A DNA stretch of 64,000 nt from Paragordius varius (taxonomy: Eukaryota > Animalia > Nematomorpha): contig OZ176050.1 of the NCBI GenBank assembly GCA_964247055.1, positions 434,001 through 498,000 on the forward strand, read 5' to 3'. Every line of letters starts with the position of its first letter. Position 1 is the first letter of the stretch. The position numbers and the translations under genes are program-made. Of this stretch, positions 53,028 through 64,000 are shown in pieces. The notes beneath the pieces are model-generated. The model made no database searches and was not told the origin of the DNA. It was given only the letters and a program-made list of their open reading frames with translations.

Positions 53028-54755
53028 ATGGCTACCTAAAATCCAAATTTGATCAGGTGATGTCGCCATAATTTTTTTTGGGTAGCCCTATGGTAGTTCC
53101 ATCATCACCCCAAATATTTTCGAGATCGGACTATAAATGTAATTTTTATGAATTTTTTAAATATTTAAAAAATTTATTTTATACGATTTTAAAAATAAAA
53201 ATGGCTACCTAAAATCCAAATTTGATCAGGTGATGTCGCCATAATTTTTTTTGGGTAGCCCTATGGTAGTTCCATCATCACCCCAAATATTTTCGAGATC
53301 GGACTATAAATGTAATTTTTATGAATTTTTTAAATATTTAAAAAATTTATTTTATACGATTTTAAAAATAAAAATGGCTACTTAAAATCCAAATTTGATC
53401 AGGTGATGTCGCCATAATTTTTTTTGGGTAGCCCTATGGTAGTTCCATCATCACCCCAAATATTTTGGGGATCGGACTATAAATGTAATTTTTATGAATT
53501 TTTTAAATATTTAAAAAATTTATTTTATACGATTTTAAAAATAAAAATGGCTACCTAAAATCCAAATTTGATCAGGTGATGTCACCATAATTTTTTTTGG
53601 GTAGCCCTATGGTAGTTCCATCATCACCCCAAATATTTTCGAGATCGGAGTATAAATGTAATTTTTATGAATTTTTTAAATATTTAAAAAATTTATTTTA
53701 TACGATTTTAAAAATAAAAATGGCTACTTAAATCCAAATTTGATCAGGTGATGTCGCCATAATTTTTTTTGGGTAGCCCTATGGTAGTTCCATCATAACC
53801 CCAAATATTTTTGAGATCGGACTTTAAATGTAATTTTTATGAATTTTTTAAATATTTAAAAAATTTATTTTATACGATTTTAAAAATAAAAATGGCTACC
53901 TAAAATCCAAATTTGATCAGGTGATGTCACCATAATTTTTTTTGGGTAGCCCTATGGTAGTTCCATCATCACCCCAAATATTTTCGAGATCGGAGTATAA
54001 ATGTAATTTTTATGAATTTTTTAAATATTTAAAAAATTTATTTTTTACGATTTTAAAAATAAAAATGGCTACCTAATATCCAAATTTGATCAGGTGATGT
54101 CCCCATAATTTTTTTTGGGTAGCCCTATGGTAGTTCCATCATCACCCTAAATATTGTCGAGATCGGAGTATAAATGTAATTTTTTTGAATTTTTTAAATA
54201 TTTAAAAAATTTATTTTATACGATTTTAAAAATAAAAATGGCTACCTAAAATCCAAATTTGATCAGGTGATGTCGCCATAATTTTTTTTGGGTAGCCCTA
54301 TGGTAGTTCCATCATCACCCCTAATATTTTGGGGATCGGACTATAAATGTAATTTTTATGAATTTTTTAAATATTTAAAAAATTTATTTTATACGATTTT
54401 AAAAATAAAAATGGCTACCTAAAATCCAAAAATGATCAGGTGATGTCGCCATAATTTTTTTTGGGTAGCCCTATGGTAGTTCTATCATCACCCCGAATAC
54501 TTTGGGGATCGGACTATAAATGTAATTTTTATGAATTTTTTAAATATTTAAAAAATTTATTTTATACGATTTTAAAAATAAAAATGGCTACTTAAATCCA
54601 AATTTGATCAGGTGATGTCGCCATAATTTTTTTTGGGTAGCCCTATGGTAGTTCCATCATAACCCCAAATATTTTTGAGATCGGACTTTAAATGTAATTT
54701 TTATGAATTTTTTAAATATTTAAAAAATTTATTTTATACGATTTTAAAAATAAAA

Positions 54756-57341
54756 ATGGCTACCTAAAATCCAAATTTGATCAGGTGATGTCGCCATAAT
54801 TTTTTTTGGGTAGCCCTATAGTAGTTCCATCATCACCCCAAATATTTTTGAGATCGGAGTATAAATGTAATTTTTATGAATTTTTTAAATATTTAAAAAA
54901 TTTATTTTATACGATTTTAAAAATAAAAATGGCTACCTAAAATCCAAATTTGATCAGGTGATGTCGCCATAATTTTTTTTGGGTAGTCCTATGGTAGTTC
55001 CATCATCACCCCAAATATTTTGGGGATCGGACTATAAATGTAATTTTTATGAATTTTTTAAATATTTAAAAAATTTATTTTATACGATTTTAAAAATAAA
55101 AATGGCTACCTAAAATCCAAATTTGATCAGGTGATGTCGCCATAATTTTTTTTGGGTAGCCCTATGGTAGTTCCATCATCACCCCAAATATTTTCGAGAT
55201 CGGAGTATAAATGTAATTTTTATGAATTTTTTAAATATTTAAAAAATTTATTTTATACGATTTTAAAAATAAAAATGGCTAAAAATCCAAATTTGATCAG
55301 GTGATGTCACCATAATTTTTTTTGGGTAGCCCTATGGTAGTTCTATCATCACCCCAAATATTTTCGAGATCGGAGTATAAATGTAATTTTTATGAATTTT
55401 TTAAATATTTAAAAAATTTATTTTTTACGATTTTAAAAATAAAAATGGCTACCTAAAATCCAAATTTGATCAGGTGATGTCCCCATAATTTTTTTTGGGT
55501 AGCCCTATGGTAGTTCCATCATCACCCCAAATATTGTCGAGATCGGAGTATAAATGTAATTTTTTTGAATTTTTTAAATATTTAAAAAATTTATTTTATA
55601 CGATTTTAAAAATAAAAATGGCTACCTAAAATCCAAATTTGATCAGGTGATGTCGCCATAATTTTTTTTGGGTAGCCCTATAGTAGTTCCATCATAACCC
55701 CAAATATTTTTGAGATCGGACTTTAAATGTAATTTTTATGAATTTTTTAAATATTTAAAAAATTTATTTTATACGATTTTAAAAATAAAAATGGCTACCT
55801 AAAATCCAAATTTGATCAGGTGATGTCGCCATAATTTTTTTTGGGTAGCCCTATAGTAGTTCCATCATCACCCCAAATATTTTTGAGATCGGAGTATAAA
55901 TGTAATTTTTATGAATTTTTTAAATATTTAAAAAATTTATTTTATACGATTTTAAAAATAAAAATGGCTACCTAAAATCCAAATTTGATCAAGTGATGTC
56001 GCCATAATTTTTTTTGGGTAGTCCTATGGTAGTTCCATCATCACCCCAAATATTTTGGGGATCGGACTATAAATGTAATTTTTATGAATTTTTTAAATAT
56101 TTAAAAAATTTATTTTATACGATTTTAAAAATAAAAATGGCTACCTAAAATCCAAATTTGATCAGGTGATGTCGCCATAATTTTTTTTGGGTAGCCCTAT
56201 GGTAGTTCCATCATCACCCCAAATATTTTCGAGATCGGAGTATAAATGTAATTTTTATGAATTTTTTAAATATTTAAAAAATTTATTTTATACGATTTTA
56301 AAAATAAAAATGGCTAAAAATCCAAATTTGATCAGGTGATGTCACCATAATTTTTTTTGGGTAGCCCTATGGTAGTTCTATCATCACCCCAAATATTTTC
56401 GAGATCGGAGTATAAATGTAATTTTTATGAATTTTTTAAATATTTAAAAAATTTATTTTTTACGATTTTAAAAATAAAAATGGCTACCTAAAATCCAAAT
56501 TTGATCAGGTGATGTCCCCATAATTTTTTTTGGGTAGCCCTATGGTAGTTCCATCATCACCCCAAATATTGTCGAGATCGGAGTATAAATGTAATTTTTT
56601 TGAATTTTTTAAATATTTAAAAAATTTATTTTATACGATTTTAAAAATAAAAATGGCTACCTAAAATCCAAATTTGATCAGGTGATGTCGCCATAATTTT
56701 TTTTGGGTAGCCCTATAGTAGTTCCATCATAACCCCAAATATTTTTGAGATCGGACTTTAAATGTAATTTTTATGAATTTTTTAAATATTTAAAAAATTT
56801 ATTTTATACGATTTTAAAAATAAAAATGGCTAAAAATCCAAATTTGATCAGGTGATGTCACCATAATTTTTTTTGGGTAGCCCTATGGTAGTTCTATCAT
56901 CACCCCAAATATTTTCGAGATCGGAGTATAAATGTAATTTTTATGAATTTTTTAAATATTTAAAAAATTTATTTTTTACGATTTTAAAAATAAAAATGGC
57001 TACCTAAAATCCAAATTTGATCAGGTGATGTCCCCATAATTTTTTTTGGGTAGCCCTATGGTAGTTCCATCATCACCCCAAATATTGTCGAGATCGGAGT
57101 ATAAATGTAATTTTTTTGAATTTTTTAAATATTTAAAAAATTTATTTTATACGATTTTAAAAATAAAAATGGCTACCTAAAATCCAAATTTGATCAGGTG
57201 ATGTCGCCATAATTTTTTTTGGGTAGCCCTATAGTAGTTCCATCATAACCCCAAATATTTTTGAGATCGGACTTTAAATGTAATTTTTATGAATTTTTTA
57301 AATATTTAAAAAATTTATTTTATACGATTTTAAAAATAAAA
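54756..57341. repeat. 6-mer tandem duplication (1035 bp x2) followed by an extra copy of its last 3 monomers (516 bp)
   Basis: GGCTAAAAATCC (CCT-deleted, 170 bp) monomers at 55275, 56310 and 56826, each followed by GTCCCC and CTATAG-CATAACC monomers. Confidence 0.82.
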
Positions 57342-60300
57342 ATGGCTACCTAAAATCCAAATTTGATCAGGTGATGTCGCCATAATTTATTTTGGGTAGC
57401 CCTATGGTAGTTCCATCATCACCCCAAATATTTTCGAGATCGGAGTATAAATGTAATTTTTTTGAATTTTTTAAATATTTAAAAAATTTATTTTATACGA
57501 TTTTAAAAATAAAAATGGCTACCTAAAATCCAAATTTGATCAGGTTTTGTCGCCATAATTTTTTTTGGGTAGCCCTATAGTAGTTCCATCATAACCCCAA
57601 ATATTTTTGAGATCGGAGTATAAATGTAATTTTTATGAATTTTTTAAATATTTAAAAAATTTATTTTATACGATTTTAAAAATAAAAATGGCTACCTAAA
57701 ATCCAAATTTGATCAGGTGATGTCGCCATAATTTTTTTGGGGTAGCCCTATGGTAGTTCCATCATCACCCCAAATATTTTGGAGATCGGACTATAAATGT
57801 AATTTTTATGAATTTTTTAAATATTTAAAAAATTTATTTTATACGATTTTAAAAATAAAAATGGCTACCTAAAATCTAAATTTGATCAGGTGATGTCACC
57901 ATAATTTTTTTTGGGTAGCCCTATGGTAGTTCCATCATCACCCCAAATATTTTCGAGATCGGACTATAAATGTAATTTTTATGAATTTTTTAAATATTTA
58001 AAAAATTTATTTTATACGATTTTAAAAATAAAAATGGCTACTTAAAATCCAAATTTGATCAGGTGATGTCGCCATAATTTTTTTTGGGTAGCCCTATGGT
58101 AGTTCCATCATCACCCCAAATACTTTGGGGATCGGACTATAAATGTAATTTTTATGAATTTTTTAAATATTTAAAAAATTTATTTTATACGATTTTAAAA
58201 ATAAAAATGGCTACCTAAAATCCAAATTTGATCAGGTGATGTCGCCATAATTTTTTTTGGGTAGCCCTATGGTAGTTCCATCATAACCCCAAATATTTTT
58301 GAGATCGGACTTTAAATGTAATTTTTATAAATTTTTTAAATATTAGAAAAAATTTTTTTATACGATTTTAAAAATAAAAATGGCTACCTAAAATCCAAAT
58401 TTGATCAGGTGATATCGCCATAATTTTTTTTGGGTAGCCCTATGGTAGTTCCATCATCACCCCAAATATTTCGGGGATCGGACTATAAATGTAATTTTTA
58501 TGATTTTTTTAAATATTTAAAAAATTTACTTTATACGATTTTAAAAATAAAAATGGCTACCTTAAATCCAAATTTGATCAGGTGATGTCGCCATAATTTT
58601 TTTTGGGTAGCCCTATGGTAGTTCCATCATCACCCCAAATACTTTGGGGATCGGACTATAAATGTAATTTTTATGAATTTTTCAAATATTTAAAAAATTT
58701 ATTTTATACGATTTTAAAAATAAAAATGGCTACCTAAAATCCAAATTTGATGAGGTGATGTCCCCATAATTTTTTTTGGGTAGCCCTATGGTAGTTCCAT
58801 CATAACCCCAAATATTTTTGAGATCGGACTTTAAATGTAATTTTTATGAATTTTTTAAATATTTAAAAAATTTATTTTATACGATTTTAAAAATAAAAAT
58901 GGCTACCTAAAATCCAAATTCGCCATAATTTTTTTTGGGTAGCCCTATAGTAGTTCCATCATAACCCCAAATATTTTTGAGATCGGACTTTAAATGTAAT
59001 TTTTATGAATTTTTTAAATATTTAAAAAATTTATTTTATACGATTTTAAAAATAAAAATGGCTACCTAAAATCCAAATTTGATCAGGTGATGTCGCCATA
59101 ATTTTTTTTGAGTAGCCCTATAGTAGTTCCATCATAACCCCATATATTTTTGAGATCGGAGTATAAATGTAATTTTTATGAATTTTTTAAATATTTAAAA
59201 AATTTATTTTATACGATTTTAAAAATAAAAATGGCTACCTAAAATCCAAATTTGATCAGGTGATGTCACCATAATTTTTTTTGGGTAGCGCTATGGTAGT
59301 TCCATCATAACCCCAAATATTTTTGAGATCGGACTTTAAATGTAATTTTTATAAATTTTTTAAATATTTGAAAAATTTTTTTTATACGATTTTAAAAATA
59401 AAAATGGCTACCTAAAATCCAAATTTGATCAGGTGATGTCGCCATAATTTTTTTTGGGTAGCCCTATAGTAGTTCCATCATCACCCCAAATATTTTTGAG
59501 ATCGGAGTATAAATGTAATTTTTATGAATTTTTTAAATATTTAAAAAATTTATTTTATACGATTTTAAAAATAAAAATGGCTACCTAAAATCCAAATTTG
59601 ATCAGGTGATGTCGCCATAATTTTTTTTGGGTAGCCCTATGGTAGTTCCATCATAACTCCAAATATTTTTGAGATCGGACTTTAAATGTAATTTTTATGA
59701 ATTTTTTAAATATTTAAAAAATTTATTTTATGCGATTTTAAAAATAAAAATGGCTACCTAAAATCCAAATTTGATCAGGTGATGTCGCCATAATTTTTTT
59801 GGGTAGCCCTATGGTAGTTCCATCATCACCCCAAATATTTTGGGGATCGGACTATAAATGTAATTTTTATGAATTTTTTAAATATTTAAAAAATTTATTT
59901 TATACAATTTTAAAAATAAAAATGGCTACCTAAAATCCAAATTTGATCAGGTGATGTCGCCATAATTTTTTTTGGGTAGCCCTATAGTAGTTCCATCATC
60001 ACCCCAAATATTTTTGAGATCGGAGTATAAATGTAATTTTTATGAATTTTTTAAATATTTAAAAAATTTATTTTATACGATTTTAAAAATAAAAATGGCT
60101 ACCTAAAATCCAAATTTGATCAGGTGATGTCGCCATAATTTTTTTGGGTAGCCCTATGGTAGTTCCATCTTCACCCCAAATATTTTGGGAATCGGACTAT
60201 AAATGTAATTTTTATGAATTTTTTAAATATTTAAAAAATTTATTTTATACAATTTTAAAAATAAAAATGGCTACCTAAAATCCAAATTTGATCAGGTGAT

Positions 60301-60786
60301 GTCGCCATAATTTTTTTTGGGTAGCCCTATAGTAGTTCCATCATAACCCCAAATATTTTTGAGATCGGAGTATAAATGTAATTTTTATGAATTTTTTAAA
60401 TATTTAAAAAATTTATTTTATACGATTTTAAAAATATAAATGGCTACCTAAAATCCAAATTTGATCAGATGATTTTGCCATAATTTTTTTTGGGTAGCCC
60501 TATAGTAGTTCCATCATCACCCCAACAATTTTTGAGATCGGAGTATAAATGTAATTTTTATAAATTTTTTAAATATTAGAAAAAATTTATTTTATACGAT
60601 TTTAAAAATAAAAATGGCTACCTAAAATCCAAATTTGATCACGTGATGTCACCATAATTTTTTTTGGGTAGCCCTATGGTAGTTCCATCATAACCCCAAA
60701 TATTTTTGAGATCGGACTTTAAATGTAATTTTTATAAATTTTTTAAATATTAGAAAAAATTTTTTTATACGATTTTAAAAATAAAA
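57342..60786. repeat. Divergent, non-HOR segment of the array (~20 monomers with many private mutations)
   Basis: Many singleton variants not seen elsewhere (CAGGTTTTGT, GATATCGCC, TGAGGTG, GTAGCGCT, TATGCGAT, CATCTTCACC, GATGATTTTGCC, CCAACAATT) and a 14-bp deletion at 58920/58921. Confidence 0.75.
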
Positions 60787-61129
60787 ATGGCTAAAAATCC
60801 AAATTTGATCAGGTGATGTCACCATAATTTTTTTTGGGTAGCCCTATGGTAGTTCTATCATCACCCCAAATATTTTCGAGATCGGAGTATAAATGTAATT
60901 TTTATGAATTTTTTAAATATTTAAAAAATTTATTTTATACGATTTTAAAAATAAAAATGGCTACCTAAAATCCAAATTTGATCAGGTGATGTCGCCATAA
61001 TTTTTTTTGGGTAGTCCTATGGTAGTTCCATCATCACCCCAAATATTTTGGGGATCGGACTATAAATGTAATTTTTATGAATTTTTTAAATATTTAAAAA
61101 ATTTATTTTATACGATTTTAAAAATAAAA

Positions 61130-64000
61130 ATGGCTACCTAAAATCCAAATTTGATCAGGTGATGTCACCATAATTTTTTTTGGGTAGCCCTATGGTAGTT
61201 CCATCATCACCCCAAATATTTTCGAGATCGGAGTATAAATGTAATTTTTATGAATTTTTTAAATATTTAAAAAATTTATTTTATACGATTTTAAAAATAA
61301 AAATGGCTACTTAAATCCAAATTTGATCAGGTGATGTCGCCATAATTTTTTTTGGGTAGCCCTATGGTAGTTCCATCATAACCCCAAATATTTTTGAGAT
61401 CGGACTTTAAATGTAATTTTTATGAATTTTTTAAATATTTAAAAAATTTATTTTATACGATTTTAAAAATAAAAATGGCTACCTAAAATCCAAATTTGAT
61501 CAGGTGATGTCACCATAATTTTTTTTGGGTAGCCCTATGGTAGTTCCATCATCACCCCAAATATTTTCGAGATCGGAGTATAAATGTAATTTTTATGAAT
61601 TTTTTAAATATTTAAAAAATTTATTTTTTACGATTTTAAAAATAAAAATGGCTACCTAATATCCAAATTTGATCAGGTGATGTCCCCATAATTTTTTTTG
61701 GGTAGCCCTATGGTAGTTCCATCATCACCCTAAATATTGTCGAGATCGGAGTATAAATGTAATTTTTTTGAATTTTTTAAATATTTAAAAAATTTATTTT
61801 ATACGATTTTAAAAATAAAAATGGCTACCTAAAATCCAAATTTGATCAGTTGATGTCGCCATAATTTTTTTTGGGTAGCCCTATGGTAGTTCCATCATCA
61901 CCCCTAATATTTTGGGGATCGGACTATAAATGTAATTTTTATGAATTTTTTAAATATTTAAAAAATTTATTTTATACGATTTTAAAAATAAAAATGCCTA
62001 CCTAAAATCCAAAAATGATCAGGTGATGTCGCCATAATTTTTTTTGGGTAGCCCTATGGTAGTTCTATCATCACCCCGAATACTTTGGGGATCGGACTAT
62101 AAATGTAATTTTTATGAATTTTTTAAATATTTAAAAAATTTATTTTATACGATTTTAAAAATAAAAATGGCTACTTAAATCCAAATTTGATCAGGTGATG
62201 TCGCCATAATTTTTTTTGGGTAGCCCTATGGTAGTTCCATCATAACCCCAAATATTTTTGAGATCGGACTTTAAATGTAATTTTTATGAATTTTTTAAAT
62301 ATTTAAAAAATTTATTTTATACGATTTTAAAAATAAAAATGGCTACCTAAAATCCAAATTTGATCAGGTGATGTCGCCATAATTTTTTTTGGGTAGCCCT
62401 ATAGTAGTTCCATCATCACCCCAAATATTTTTGAGATCGGAGTATAAATGTAATTTTTATGAATTTTTTAAATATTTAAAAAATTTATTTTATACGATTT
62501 TAAAAATAAAAATGGCTACCTAAAATCCAAATTTGATCAGGTGATGTCGCCATAATTTTTTTTGGGTAGTCCTATGGTAGTTCCATCATCACCCCAAATA
62601 TTTTGGGGATCGGACTATAAATGTAATTTTTATGAATTTTTTAAATATTTAAAAAATTTATTTTATACGATTTAAAAATAAAAATGGCTACCTAAAATCC
62701 AAATTTGATCAGGTGATGTCGCCATAATTTTTTTTGGGTAGCCCTATGGTAGTTCCATCATCACCCCAAATATTTTCGAGATCGGAGTATAAATGTAATT
62801 TTTATGAATTTTTTAAATATTTAAAAAATTTATTTTATACGATTTTAAAAATAAAAATGGCTAAAAATCCAAATTTGATCAGGTGATGTCACCATAATTT
62901 TTTTTGGGTAGCCCTATGGTAGTTCCATCATCACCCCAAATATTTTCGAGATCGGAGTATAAATGTAATTTTTATGAATTTTTTAAATATTTAAAAAATT
63001 TATTTTTTACGATTTTAAAAATAAAAATGGCTACCTAATATCCAAATTTGATCAGGTGATGTCCCCATAATTTTTTTTGGGTAGCCCTATGGTAGTTCCA
63101 TCATCACCCTAAATATTGTCGAGATCGGAGTATAAATGTAATTTTTTTGAATTTTTTAAATATTTAAAAAATTTATTTTATACGATTTTAAAAATAAAAA
63201 TGGCTACCTAAAATCCAAATTTGATCAGTTGATGTCGCCATAATTTTTTTTGGGTAGCCCTATGGTAGTTCCATCATCACCCCTAATATTTTGGGGATCG
63301 GACTATAAATGTAATTTTTATGAATTTTTTAAATATTTAAAAAATTTATTTTATACGATTTTAAAAATAAAAATGGCTACCTAAAATCCAAAAATGATCA
63401 GGTGATGTCGCCATAATTTTTTTTGGGTAGCCCTATGGTAGTTCTATCATCACCCCGAATACTTTGGGGATCGGACTATAAATGTAATTTTTATGAATTT
63501 TTTAAATATTTAAAAAATTTATTTTATACGATTTTAAAAATAAAAATGGCTACTTAAATCCAAATTTGATCAGGTGATGTCGCCATAATTTTTTTTGGGT
63601 AGCCCTATGGTAGTTCCATCATAACCCCAAATATTTTTGAGATCGGACTTTAAATGTAATTTTTATGAATTTTTTAAATATTTAAAAAATTTATTTTATA
63701 CGATTTTAAAAATAAAAATGGCTACCTAAAATCCAAATTTGATCAGGTGATGTCGCCATAATTTTTTTTGGGTAGCCCTATAGTAGTTCCATCATCACCC
63801 CAAATATTTTTGAGATCGGAGTATAAATGTAATTTTTATGAATTTTTTAAATATTTAAAAAATTTATTTTATACGATTTTAAAAATAAAAATGGCTACCT
63901 AAAATCCAAATTTGATCAGGTGATGTCGCCATAATTTTTTTTGGGTAGTCCTATGGTAGTTCCATCATCACCCCAAATATTTTGGGGATCGGACTATAAA
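61130..64000. repeat. Dispersed copy of 53547-55444 (offset 7583) followed by an 8-mer tandem duplication (1379 bp; 61648 and 63027)
   Basis: The private marker CTAATATCC + CACCCTAAAT occurs in monomers 54065, 61648 and 63027. CAGTTGATG occurs only in monomers 61821 and 63200. Confidence 0.82.

Larger units (their letters stand above)
1..64000. repeat. Tandem satellite DNA array, 173-bp AT-rich monomer, ~370 copies, head-to-tail, runs off both window ends
   Basis: The anchor ATGGCTACCTAAAATCC recurs at 173-bp spacing (e.g. 9443/9616, 41621/41794, 43005/43178). First full anchor at 16, last at 63891 (truncated at monomer position 110). No non-repeat sequence or reverse-oriented monomer seen. 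Centromeric/pericentromeric location is inference only. Confidence 0.99.

Noticed and set aside
1-64000. CRISPR-like pattern of constant and variable segments
   Set aside because: The variable parts are alleles of one sequence, not unique spacers. The period is 173 bp, and there is no leader or cas gene.
1-64000. Strict dimeric (A/B alternating) organisation or one array-wide HOR
   Set aside because: The TCGAG and TGGGG classes do not alternate regularly, and HOR periods vary locally from 2 to ~31 monomers.
1-64000. Telomeric or rDNA spacer repeat
   Set aside because: No TTAGG/TTAGGG/TTTAGGG runs and no rRNA sequence in the window.

Overview
The whole 64 kb is one uninterrupted, head-to-tail, single-orientation array of a eukaryotic-type satellite DNA: about 370 copies of a 173-bp monomer of ~27% GC. 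The consensus, numbered from its ATG, is ATGGCTACCTAAAATCCAAATTTGATCAGGTGATGTC(G/A/C)CCATAATTTTTTTTGGGTAGCCCTAT(G/A)GTAGTTCCATCATCACCCCAAATATTT(TCGA/TGGG/TTGA)GATCGGA(G/C)TATAAATGTAATTTTTATGAATTTTTTAAATATTTAAAAAATTTATTTTATACGATTTTAAAAATAAAA. I found no genes, RNA genes, transposon insertions, CRISPR arrays or inversions; all six frames are closed within about 60 bp in each intact monomer. I cannot name the species or satellite family. What is worth a second look is structural. (1) The monomer has a ~40% GC half with crossing inverted repeats and a ~6% GC half with a perfect 24-bp palindrome where deletions cluster. (2) Diagnostic variants reveal nested local higher-order repeats (1- to ~31-mers), chimeric monomers that bracket crossover points, two alternating variant domains suggesting a ~25-40 kb macro-duplication, and a divergent island at ~57.3-60.8 kb. 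I see no evidence of a new coding system. All counts and alignments were made by eye and need computational confirmation.
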